Position numbers and translations under genes: made by a program
Virus record (IMG/VR): IMGVR_UViG_3300020269_000282
Coordinates: 1 to 26,615 of that record
Source: a virus
Lineage: Duplodnaviria; Caudoviricetes
DNA: 26,615 nucleotides
Strand: one strand, 5' to 3'
Shown here: positions 1-8,620 of the stretch, piece after piece
Position numbering within the stretch: position 1 is the stretch's first letter
Layout: every line of letters begins with the position of its first letter
Notes under the pieces: model-generated
What the model saw: the letters and a program-made list of their open reading frames with translations, nothing else
What the model was told of the DNA's origin: nothing
Database searches by the model: none

Positions 1-147
1 CAGATTCGTCCGGTATCAGGAAACTGGCAAGGTTTTGACGGTACAGCAGCTTGGAAATATACAACTTCAAACCAACAGCATAAAGGTCAAGATATTGAGT
101 TTGCTGGAACAGTAGTAGATGCACCAGCAGCTAAATTTAAAATCTAA
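1..147 (+). CDS. 5'-truncated hypothetical protein (C-terminal end)
   Basis: Frame 1 is open from base 1 (QIRPVSGNWQGFDGTAAWKY...AAKFKI) to TAA at 145-147, just upstream of the next gene. Confidence 0.7.
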   Translation, partial: QIRPVSGNWQGFDGTAAWKYTTSNQQHKGQDIEFAGTVVDAPAAKFKI

Positions 148-159
148 AGGTAGTTAATT

Positions 160-696
160 ATGGCAACAGCGGTTATTACTTGGGGCAGAATGAACCCACC
201 AACTGCAGGTCATGAGAAACTGGTTAACAAAGTAAGAAAGGCTTCCCGTATTCATAAAGGGAAGCCTTTCATTTATCTAACAAAAACATTCAAGAAACCC
301 AAAGACCCACTTCCATATAGAGATAAACTGAAGCTTGCAAAGAAAGCTTTCGGTAATATAGTGCAAGATCATAAGAGTAGAACTATTATTGAGCTTATGA
401 AAGAGCTTGAAAAGAAATATGATGATATGGTATTGGTGGTAGGATCAGATAGAGTAGCAGAATTTGAAACACTCTTAAACAAATATAATGGAAAAGATTA
501 CACATATTCTAGTATAACTATAGTATCTGCAGGTGAAAGAGACCCTGACGCTGAAGGTGTATCTGGAATGTCTGCAAGCAAGATGAGACAGTTCGCAAAA
601 GATGATGACTACGATTCTTTTGAGAAAGGTTTACCATCATTAATTAAAAAACCAGATGCTAAAAAAGCATTTGATACGGTAAGAAAAAACATATAA
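160..696 (+). CDS. HxGH-superfamily nucleotidyltransferase (phage cytidyltransferase / NMNAT / PPAT-like)
   Basis: TWGRMNPPTAGH (variant HxGH), VVGSDR and C-terminal MSASKMR (ISSTxIR-like) motifs; a family common in marine T4-like phages. Confidence 0.8.
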   Translation: MATAVITWGRMNPPTAGHEKLVNKVRKASRIHKGKPFIYLTKTFKKPKDPLPYRDKLKLAKKAFGNIVQDHKSRTIIELMKELEKKYDDMVLVVGSDRVAEFETLLNKYNGKDYTYSSITIVSAGERDPDAEGVSGMSASKMRQFAKDDDYDSFEKGLPSLIKKPDAKKAFDTVRKNI

Positions 697-704
697 AGGA
701 TATT

Positions 705-1283
705 ATGAAAACACAAGATGCACAAGTATACGAGATTCTAGAAGAACTAGATTCATGTACTACTAAACAAAGAAAAGTTGATTTAATCAACACTAAATAT
801 AGCAATCATACACCACTACAGTATGTACTCAGATGGAACTTTGATAGATCTATAAAGTCTCTTCTACCAGAAGGTGAACCACCTTTTGATAAGGAAAGAA
901 AAGATGGTGATTCACCACAAGCTTTATGGTCTTATTTAAAGATGTTCCCTAATTTTGTAGACTCTGCACAGGGTAGACAATTACCAGAATTAAAAAGAGA
1001 AAATCTTTTTATTGAAATGTTAGATGCACTAGATCTTGAAGAAGCAAATGTAATAGTGTTAGCTAAAGATGGTAAGTTAGATGAGAAGTATAATATTACA
1101 ATTGATGTAGTAAATGCTGCATATCCTGATATTGGATTAGTATCCGATCCTATCCCTGAACCTACTCCAAAAGAACAAAAAGAAGACCTATTATCGCAAG
1201 CAAAGAGCATAAAGGAACAAGTAAAAGAATTAAATAGTCTAGCAAAAGAGCTAACTGAAAAAGCTAAAGCGATAACGGAGTAG
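705..1283 (+). CDS. Conserved T4-like phage hypothetical protein (DUF6433-like) with Pro linker and coiled-coil tail
   Basis: WNFD..I.S.LPEGEPP and KRE.LFIEML.ALD.EEA pattern recalled from marine myovirus proteins; AAGGA RBS. Confidence 0.6.
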   Translation: MKTQDAQVYEILEELDSCTTKQRKVDLINTKYSNHTPLQYVLRWNFDRSIKSLLPEGEPPFDKERKDGDSPQALWSYLKMFPNFVDSAQGRQLPELKRENLFIEMLDALDLEEANVIVLAKDGKLDEKYNITIDVVNAAYPDIGLVSDPIPEPTPKEQKEDLLSQAKSIKEQVKELNSLAKELTEKAKAITE

Positions 1284-1286
1284 AGT

Positions 1287-1799
1287 ATGTCACCATTGGA
1301 ATGCGTGAAGTTTGGTCACGATATTGGCCAATTAAAGCCAGCAATTAATGAAGTTGGTTTTGATATACATTATAATAAGATCTACAAAAAACTTGTAGAT
1401 GACTTCAACCAAGGTGTTGGTGATTTTGCATTTAATAAAGCCGGAGCACATCTTCATAAGTTGTACTTCGAAAATTTAAGGGAACGTAGAGATACAAATG
1501 TCCCTATTGGAAAAGCGGAACATATCATAACTCAAAGATATGGGAACTTTAATAATTTTAAGAAGCAAGTACAAGAACAAGCTTCTAGATTACAAGGTTC
1601 TGGATGGGTATTTATGAACATGCAAGGATATGTGAATATAATACCTAATTATAGAATTGTAGATAATGTTGCTATGATTATTGATTGTTGGGAACATGCC
1701 TATGCATATACTTTCGGTCATGATAGAGCAGCGTTTATAGATTCTGTATTTGATATTATTAATTGGGACACTGTAAATACTCGTTTAAACGGTGAGTAA
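1287..1799 (+). CDS. sod: Short divergent Fe/Mn superoxide dismutase
   Basis: DCWEHAY signature, GSGW motif, His ligands in IHYNK and AHLHKLYF. Confidence 0.85.
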   Translation: MSPLECVKFGHDIGQLKPAINEVGFDIHYNKIYKKLVDDFNQGVGDFAFNKAGAHLHKLYFENLRERRDTNVPIGKAEHIITQRYGNFNNFKKQVQEQASRLQGSGWVFMNMQGYVNIIPNYRIVDNVAMIIDCWEHAYAYTFGHDRAAFIDSVFDIINWDTVNTRLNGE

Positions 1800-3185
1800 A
1801 TGTGTGTAGTTGCTGCAAAGCACTTTAAAGGCCACGGTTGGATATTAGTTAAGAATAGAGATCGTAATTATCCAACTGAGGTAAAATTAGTTCAGTCACA
1901 AAGATCAGGAATCGAAAGATTATTCCTGCGAGATACCACTACAGGTTATAGTGAAGGCCTTAACGAAACAGGTCTATCAATAGTTTCTGCTTCAGTAATG
2001 GTAAAGAAAGATGAGAAAGAAGGTGGTGGTAGAGCATCTGATTCTCAGAACTGGACATCACCAGATGGTCAAAGAATTAGAAGAGCACTATATCAAAAGA
2101 CTGTAAAAGGTGCAATCAAATCATTATTAGATTCACAGATTCCTGGTAATACTCTTATTACAGATGGTAAAGAATGCTATCTTATAGAATCAGCATATAC
2201 AAACTACGAAAAACCAAATCAAAAATATCATAGTATAGTCAAGAAAATAAGTCCATCTGATATATGTGTAAGAACAAATCATGGTATTGAACTACCATGG
2301 ACTGGATATGATATGAAAGACCCTGATCAAAAGCCTGATAGAATATCATCTGAAAGCAGATTGAAGATAGCAACAAAGGAAGTTAAGAAAGCACAGGATC
2401 CACAAGCATTATTGAATGCTCTAGGTGTAGCACCTGAAAAAGACCCACAAATGAATCCAATAAGAATCAATAAGGGTAAAGGTGTAATGAGAACTACTGG
2501 TCAAATTATGTTGAATCCATTAGAAAGAGTATTTACATATAGACCCACAATGTCAGAAGTAGAGTTGAAGAACTACAATAAAATTAATCAGAAAGAATCT
2601 AAAACATTCTTTGAAATCATTTCAAATAGAGAGTTAATTAGTTTTGGTACATTTGGTGAAGACAGTAAGAGAGTACCTAGAAAACCTGGTCAAAAAGCAA
2701 ATAGTAGTAAGCATAGTGATTTATACACTGATGAAAATCCTAAAGGTACTATACACGGTCTTGGTTTTACTGATGCAGCAAAAGCAAAACAAAGTCTTAA
2801 TAAGATTGAAGGTTCAGGGAAGACAGATGCACATAAAATGCAGGCAGCGATTGCAATGTCACAAAGAGCAAAGTTTGCCGCAAGAGATGCAAAAGACCCA
2901 GAGAAAAAGAAAGACTTAGCTGCAGCACATAAGACTTATCAATCATGGATAGATAAGAACAAAAAGTCTGAAGATTTTGCAGAAGGTACAGAGTCATGGG
3001 AAGCTGGTTATAAAAGACGTGTAGTAAAAACTACTAAGCCAGAACATAAGAACAAAGGTCTAATGTGGAGAATTAAGGGCAAGGATAGAGATGAGATCAG
3101 TATAAAACTATATAAAGATAAACCATCCTTTGCAGAATTTAAAAAACAAATGAAAAGAGTTGCAGGACATGAATTTGGCGGTTAA
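1800..3185 (+). CDS. Ntn-hydrolase-like protein (N-terminal Cys, NRDR) fused to two small basic C-terminal modules
   Basis: M-C start, KNRDR, EGLNE.GL and RTNH motifs typical of NRDE/C45-like Ntn hydrolases; the C-terminal ~175 aa are compositionally distinct and Lys-rich. Confidence 0.6.
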   Translation: MCVVAAKHFKGHGWILVKNRDRNYPTEVKLVQSQRSGIERLFLRDTTTGYSEGLNETGLSIVSASVMVKKDEKEGGGRASDSQNWTSPDGQRIRRALYQKTVKGAIKSLLDSQIPGNTLITDGKECYLIESAYTNYEKPNQKYHSIVKKISPSDICVRTNHGIELPWTGYDMKDPDQKPDRISSESRLKIATKEVKKAQDPQALLNALGVAPEKDPQMNPIRINKGKGVMRTTGQIMLNPLERVFTYRPTMSEVELKNYNKINQKESKTFFEIISNRELISFGTFGEDSKRVPRKPGQKANSSKHSDLYTDENPKGTIHGLGFTDAAKAKQSLNKIEGSGKTDAHKMQAAIAMSQRAKFAARDAKDPEKKKDLAAAHKTYQSWIDKNKKSEDFAEGTESWEAGYKRRVVKTTKPEHKNKGLMWRIKGKDRDEISIKLYKDKPSFAEFKKQMKRVAGHEFGG

Positions 3186-4395
3186 TGAATACTTATTGGA
3201 AATGGCTAACAGCGAGCAGAATCTACATCTTACACATGTTGATGAAGATATATTTGAGAGAGGTGATGCTGGTGCAATGGCCGCAATACAATCATGCAGA
3301 AATGTATTAGATGGTGTAGGTGAAGGTGAAACTGCACTTACGATTAAATGGGACGGAGCTCCTGCAATTTTTGCTGGTATTGACCCTTCTGATGGTCAGT
3401 TCTTTGTATCTACAAAATCAGCTTTTAATAAAACTCCACTATTATACAAGGGACCAGCAGATGCTTCTAAATTCAAGACTGGTAAAAAACTAGCAATTGC
3501 TCATAGAGAGTTTCAGAATATTGGTATACCTAAAGGTGTTGTATTGCAAGGTGATCTCATGTTTACTAAGGGTGATCAGAAGTATGAAACTATTGATGGT
3601 AAAAGATATATTACTGCACATCCTAATACTATTGTATATGCGTGGGATGCTGAAAGTGAAGTAGGTAAACAAATCAGAAATGCAAATATAGGTGTTGTTT
3701 GGCATACAACTTATTCTGGTAAGTCATTGCAAACTATGAAAGCAAGATTTGGTGTAAATGTCAAGAAACTAAAAGGTCATCGTGGTATATGGATGGATGA
3801 TGCTTATTTTAAAGGTGCTAATGTAGCCTTCTCTAGTTCAGAGAAAGCAAAGGTAGAAAAATTATTAAGTGCTGCAGAAGCTAAAGTCGGTAAATTTAAT
3901 AAGCTCAGAGATATTATGTCTTTGATACCACAAGCGGCTATTGGTGCTGGTATCAAAACATTCATCAACTCAAATATTAGAAAAGGTCAATTACCTACAG
4001 CAAGAAAAAATCCTGTAAAAGACTACATTGAGTATGTAGATAAGTACTATGAAGATAAGGTAATCAGTAAGTTAAAGACAGACAAAGCAATAGACTCTAA
4101 GAGAGCAGCAAAGAAACAATTAAGATCTGAGCTTGGTAAGAATGCTGCTATTTTAAAAGCTGCATTTGAATATGTAGATTTAATTACACAGGCTAAAGTA
4201 CAAATCATTAAGAAACTTGTATCGTTAGATAAACAAAAACAATTTGTTAAAACAAGCAAAGGTTTTAAGGTGACAAATCCAGAAGGTTTTGTAGCTATAA
4301 ATTCTAAGAAAGGTGAAGCTGTAAAATTTGTAGACAGATTAGAATTTAGTTATAATAACTTCTCTGATAGTGTCATTAAAGGATGGCAGAAATGA
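3169..4395 (+). CDS. DUF6267-like conserved phage protein with ligase/covalent nucleotidyltransferase-like motifs
   Basis: NLHLTHVDED, TIKWDGAPA, LQGDLMF, PEGFV and VKFVDRLEFS. ATG at 3169 preferred over TTG at 3160. Confidence 0.7.
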   Translation: MNLAVNEYLLEMANSEQNLHLTHVDEDIFERGDAGAMAAIQSCRNVLDGVGEGETALTIKWDGAPAIFAGIDPSDGQFFVSTKSAFNKTPLLYKGPADASKFKTGKKLAIAHREFQNIGIPKGVVLQGDLMFTKGDQKYETIDGKRYITAHPNTIVYAWDAESEVGKQIRNANIGVVWHTTYSGKSLQTMKARFGVNVKKLKGHRGIWMDDAYFKGANVAFSSSEKAKVEKLLSAAEAKVGKFNKLRDIMSLIPQAAIGAGIKTFINSNIRKGQLPTARKNPVKDYIEYVDKYYEDKVISKLKTDKAIDSKRAAKKQLRSELGKNAAILKAAFEYVDLITQAKVQIIKKLVSLDKQKQFVKTSKGFKVTNPEGFVAINSKKGEAVKFVDRLEFSYNNFSDSVIKGWQK

Positions 4396-4631
4396 TGAAA
4401 ACAATTGTAGTAATTTCAGCCATTTTACTATATGAGAATGTTCCTATGACAATGCAAACTGATTGGCCTGGAAAAGATTTTAATTCTGTCTATGAATGTA
4501 GAGAGTATATAAAATGGAATAAGGTCAATCTTACTATAGGCTTATTTGACAAACATTTAGAAGATGAAAACGGTAATCAACTTATAAGTTATAATTACTT
4601 CTGCGAGACTAGATCATTCACAGATTTATAG
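4392..4631 (+). CDS. Hypothetical protein, hydrophobic N-terminus and two Cys (possibly secreted)
   Basis: ATGA overlap with the upstream stop; MMKTIVVISAILL; F.S..EC...C pattern. Confidence 0.6.
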   Translation: MMKTIVVISAILLYENVPMTMQTDWPGKDFNSVYECREYIKWNKVNLTIGLFDKHLEDENGNQLISYNYFCETRSFTDL

Positions 4632-4635
4632 AGGT

Positions 4636-4643
4636 AATAAATA
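4636..4643 (+). promoter_or_regulatory. T4-like late promoter box (AATAAATA)
   Basis: NATAAATA 4 nt before ATG 4648; the identical 15-mer AATAAATATATTATG precedes the minus-strand gene starting at 23798. Confidence 0.5.
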
Positions 4644-4647
4644 TATT

Positions 4648-5535
4648 ATGAGTATATTAGATGGTCTCTCCAAAGATTATATAGGTGCTAACAGCAAATT
4701 GTTAGGTGATTGGAAGCGTGTTAAATACAATTTTGACATACCGCTTTATTTTGATACTAATAATACTGAAATGATTAATTTTGGTCTTGCATGGGATATT
4801 TGTGTGGCTGGTTGGATTGAAGTTTATCCAGCGGTAAGAGGTGTAAACATATATCATCCAATACATAATGGTAAAACTATGATGAGACTAGATGAGACCA
4901 GCTCATGCTTTGAAAATCAAGTGTTTACAAGACATCCACCATTTGAACCAATAGAATATATTACTTATGTACATGAAAATGAAGGTGGTAGGGATTTTGA
5001 ATCTAAAGCTAAATCAGCAAATACATCAACATCACTAGATGTAGTTGACTATGAAATGCAGAATACATCTTTTGAATATAAGGCTGAAGATAGAGGTACT
5101 AAAGATGCTCGTATATTATTAGGTCCACAAAGATTATTAGATTCAAACTGGCGTCTGCCAATTCCAGCATATAAGAAAAGACTAGTTAAAGATGATACTA
5201 TTTATGATATTGGTTATCATTTCTCATCTTCTGATAGTTCAAAACAAATGTCTAGTAGATATGAAGAAATTATGTTTGCAGGTAAAGATACATTTAACTT
5301 TATGAATTGGCATAACAAATATTTAGATGCACCAAAGTTAGATAAGGTAGTTAGAAGAATGGCACAATGTAGAGAGTTTCATGGTACACTTGGCGGTTTA
5401 TCATTCTTAGCTTTAGCAATGAATATACCAACAACAATACATATCAATAAGAGAATGGTATGGACATCACAAAAGAAAGTATTTAAAATATTAGCTAAAA
5501 GAAGTGGTGCAAAATTTGTAGAGGCAACACATTAA
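4648..5535 (+). CDS. Divergent GT-B (GT9-like) glycosyltransferase-like protein, paralog A
   Basis: C-terminal LDKVVRRMAQCREFHGTLGGLSFLALAMNIPT resembles the GT9 motif FIGNDSGLxHLAxAxxxPT; NFGL near the N-terminus. Confidence 0.5.
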   Translation: MSILDGLSKDYIGANSKLLGDWKRVKYNFDIPLYFDTNNTEMINFGLAWDICVAGWIEVYPAVRGVNIYHPIHNGKTMMRLDETSSCFENQVFTRHPPFEPIEYITYVHENEGGRDFESKAKSANTSTSLDVVDYEMQNTSFEYKAEDRGTKDARILLGPQRLLDSNWRLPIPAYKKRLVKDDTIYDIGYHFSSSDSSKQMSSRYEEIMFAGKDTFNFMNWHNKYLDAPKLDKVVRRMAQCREFHGTLGGLSFLALAMNIPTTIHINKRMVWTSQKKVFKILAKRSGAKFVEATH

Positions 5536-6500
5536 TGGCTACGAGAAAATTAGATAACTTAGTGATTCAAATGGGTTGGAGAAATCCACAAAAAGGTTTT
5601 GCCATAAGACGTGCTGGTAATGCAAAAACCGATATGTCTGGTCACTACAATTTTGGTCTTGGTCATACATTATTAGGTATGACATTTATAAATGAACATT
5701 ACCCAACCAAAGCTGAAAGAGATGAAGGTGTATATAACCCACATATCGAAGTACTATATCCAGATTCTGATACACAGGGAAATATATGGTTTAGATATGA
5801 TGATGTAAAGACTATATTAGATTCAGATCTTATGAATGCACCTAACTTAGTATTCGAGCCATATACACCATTAACTGGAGACCCTAATTCTAGATTTTTA
5901 GGACTAGAAGATGGTACTGCTGTTTATGCTGCAGATTCTGAAGGTGAATTAACTGAAAACCTTGTACAATATAATTATGAGCAAGTACAAAGCTTTAACG
6001 GCACTGATAAAAATATAATAATGAAGACATATGATATATGGCAATCACAATTTGGTTTAAGTGGTAATAAATCACTATCGTGGGTAGCTTTAAGAAAAGA
6101 TTTAAAAACTCGCTATCGAAGTGGAGAAGACCACTATACACATTGCTTTAAATTTGCAAATGATAGTGATGGTATGGGAGTATCTGCTGAAATGATAGCT
6201 AAATGGAAGTCAGAGAATGAAGCTACTGCATGGAACTTTGACTCAGATACATCCTCGTCACTCGAGGAAGTGGTCAAGAAGATGATGAATAGTAGATATT
6301 ATCATGGTACTTTAAATGGTTTGGCCATCCTAGCATTAGTCTGTGGTGTTCCTGCGACTGTTTATATGCCAGCATCAGTATCACTGACACAGGAGCAAAA
6401 AGCTCTTAAAAAGATATTCTTACATAATGGTGGTACCATAATGACTCAAGAAAACTTCCTATTATCTAGCCAGCCAATGGATTTTGGTAATAATATCTAA
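5535..6500 (+). CDS. Divergent GT-B (GT9-like) glycosyltransferase-like protein, paralog B
   Basis: LEEVVKKMMNSRYYHGTLNGLAILALVCGVPA and NFGLG, shared with the upstream ORF; TAATG coupling. Confidence 0.5.
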   Translation: MATRKLDNLVIQMGWRNPQKGFAIRRAGNAKTDMSGHYNFGLGHTLLGMTFINEHYPTKAERDEGVYNPHIEVLYPDSDTQGNIWFRYDDVKTILDSDLMNAPNLVFEPYTPLTGDPNSRFLGLEDGTAVYAADSEGELTENLVQYNYEQVQSFNGTDKNIIMKTYDIWQSQFGLSGNKSLSWVALRKDLKTRYRSGEDHYTHCFKFANDSDGMGVSAEMIAKWKSENEATAWNFDSDTSSSLEEVVKKMMNSRYYHGTLNGLAILALVCGVPATVYMPASVSLTQEQKALKKIFLHNGGTIMTQENFLLSSQPMDFGNNI

Positions 6501-6520
6501 AAATCTAGTATAATAATACT

Positions 6521-6937
6521 ATGACAATGCATTTAGTAAGAGGTACACCTGGCCTCAACACCAAAAAACCTAAGGTAAAATACACAAAGGCTAAACTAGC
6601 CTCTCTTAAAGAATCTCATAAAAAGCATAATAAATGGGCAAAAGCAAATCGCATGCCTGATTTAATATTATCTTTTGATGATTACTTATTGTACACACGT
6701 GGTCAATGGAAACCAAAGACTACTGTCAAATCAACAGCAAAACTACCCACATTATCAAAAGACAAAGGTCCTGAATATCCATCACTTAATAGTGGTAAAT
6801 ACACTGCATTTAAAAAAGAACCTATCAAATATACTGGTACGCTTGTTAAAGGTATTGCTCAGATGCATAAATCAAATGCAGTACCAGTTATTGATAAACA
6901 AGCAGCCATTGATATAGCTAATATGAGGAGAAACTAA
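6521..6937 (+). CDS. Conserved basic T4-like phage hypothetical protein
   Basis: C-terminal YTGTLVKGIAQMHKSNAVPV motif recalled from T4-like phages. Confidence 0.65.
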   Translation: MTMHLVRGTPGLNTKKPKVKYTKAKLASLKESHKKHNKWAKANRMPDLILSFDDYLLYTRGQWKPKTTVKSTAKLPTLSKDKGPEYPSLNSGKYTAFKKEPIKYTGTLVKGIAQMHKSNAVPVIDKQAAIDIANMRRN

Positions 6938-7191
6938 TGAGAGAAGATGAATTTCAATTATATGCTGATGTTATTAGATCAGATCAAATGCCTGCACCTG
7001 ATGTAGTAGCATTATTTAAAGAAGAACCTGAATTCCAAAAATGGTATCAAGCAAAGTATCTTCAAGACCCACATGAAGCGGCAATGAAACTTGAGAGATG
7101 GGCTGAAAGAAACCCTGAAAACTCATGGGTACAAGAGACTGCACTAATGTTAATTAGAAAACTTACTAGCGTTACGAATTGTAGAAAATAA
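6937..7191 (+). CDS. Hypothetical protein
   Basis: TAATG-coupled ORF with GGAG RBS. Confidence 0.6.
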   Translation: MREDEFQLYADVIRSDQMPAPDVVALFKEEPEFQKWYQAKYLQDPHEAAMKLERWAERNPENSWVQETALMLIRKLTSVTNCRK

Positions 7192-7195
7192 TGCA

Positions 7196-7573
7196 ATGGC
7201 TAATAGTCAAATAGTAATTATTGGTCATTCACCTGGTAAAGTAGACGCAGCAAAATCTACCACATTAAAGAAAGTAAAAGACTGGATGGAGTCTTGTCAT
7301 ATACTATCATATGACTGGTATAATCTTGTAGATTATCATGCACCTGATTTAAAATTAAAAGATGCTACACTGAAGCCAGAAACAGTGAAGGACTATAGTG
7401 TAATCATATCACTAGGTAATCTAGCTGATGAATGGTGCAAGCGCAATAACATAAATAATTATAAGATGCCTCATCCATCAGGTCTAAATAGAATTTGGAA
7501 TGATAAGAGAAGAGCTAATAAGATTATAAGAGAACTTAGGAAACATATACATGCAAACTACACAGCTATCTGA
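7196..7573 (+). CDS. Minimal uracil-DNA glycosylase superfamily protein
   Basis: IIGHSPG (motif A), IISLGNLA and MPHPSGLNR (motif B). Confidence 0.7.
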   Translation: MANSQIVIIGHSPGKVDAAKSTTLKKVKDWMESCHILSYDWYNLVDYHAPDLKLKDATLKPETVKDYSVIISLGNLADEWCKRNNINNYKMPHPSGLNRIWNDKRRANKIIRELRKHIHANYTAI

Positions 7574-8180
7574 TATTTTTTCCGATGAAGAAAGAAATGC
7601 TTTATTAGACATATACAGGTCTCATGAAAGTTATGATACTGAAGAGATGAAGAAGGCTCCAGTATGTGATAAGACCATGAATATAGTAGAAGAAAGAATC
7701 AGACAACTTATAGGTACTGATTATGTATATGTATCAGGTAATTATTATTCTCATGAAAAACCTTTCTACCCACATACAGACTTCCAGAAAGAATGGAAAG
7801 AAAGTATCAATATGGTCATACCACTAGAAAATAATACAGAAGATAAAAATGGTAAGCTTGTTATATTTGATCAGCTATGGGAAGATGACAGTAAGACTTG
7901 GATGATGATACATCCAGTAAAAGAATATGCTGTAAACAAAGCATTGCCTGGTTGTCCATTTGATTATCGTATTACAAATCATACAAACGAGAAGATGAGT
8001 TTGTTATTTTGGGAAACACATTTAAAACACTTTCCATCATGGTGTTGGCAAGGTTTATCAGGTTCTACATATAATTACGAAGAAAATAGTATAATTATAT
8101 TTGATAATAGAAGAATACACTGTACTAATAATTTTAAAGGTAATAAAACTGGACTAACTTTGAGGTATAAAAAGAAATGA
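7551..8180 (+). CDS. 2OG-Fe(II) oxygenase-like protein
   Basis: PHTD (HxD), IPL strand, IIFD...IH distal His, then KTGLTLR. Confidence 0.65.
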   Translation: MQTTQLSDIFSDEERNALLDIYRSHESYDTEEMKKAPVCDKTMNIVEERIRQLIGTDYVYVSGNYYSHEKPFYPHTDFQKEWKESINMVIPLENNTEDKNGKLVIFDQLWEDDSKTWMMIHPVKEYAVNKALPGCPFDYRITNHTNEKMSLLFWETHLKHFPSWCWQGLSGSTYNYEENSIIIFDNRRIHCTNNFKGNKTGLTLRYKKK

Positions 8181-8620
8181 AGATAGCTTTGGTGACAGGT
8201 GGTTTCGATCCACTACATAGTGGTCATATCAAATATATGAAGGCAGCCAGAAAGATGGGTGATAAGCTTATGGTTGGTATCAATTCAGATGATTGGTTGA
8301 CTAATAAGAAAGGTAAACCATTCATGCCATACGAAGAAAGAAAGGCAGTCATACAAGAATTAAAATGTGTAGATGAAGTCATTGAATTTGATGATGATGA
8401 CGGTTCATCAGGTGATGCAATACAGGTACTCTTAGAGAAGTATAAGAAAGCTAAGATAATATTCTGTAATGGTGGTGACAGAGAGAAGAAGAATATTCCT
8501 GAATATGATATGTATATAGACGAACCAAGAGTAGAATTTAAGGATGGTGTAGGTGGTATGGAGAAAGTAAACTCATCTAGTTGGATAGTATTAGAATATT
8601 TAGAAGGTATACAGAAATGA
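8177..8620 (+). CDS. Cytidylyl/adenylyltransferase (TagD / RfaE domain II-like)
   Basis: VTGGFDPLHSGH, GINSD.WL..KKG.PFMP..ER, NGGDR and KVNSSSWI. Confidence 0.9.
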   Translation: MKIALVTGGFDPLHSGHIKYMKAARKMGDKLMVGINSDDWLTNKKGKPFMPYEERKAVIQELKCVDEVIEFDDDDGSSGDAIQVLLEKYKKAKIIFCNGGDREKKNIPEYDMYIDEPRVEFKDGVGGMEKVNSSSWIVLEYLEGIQK

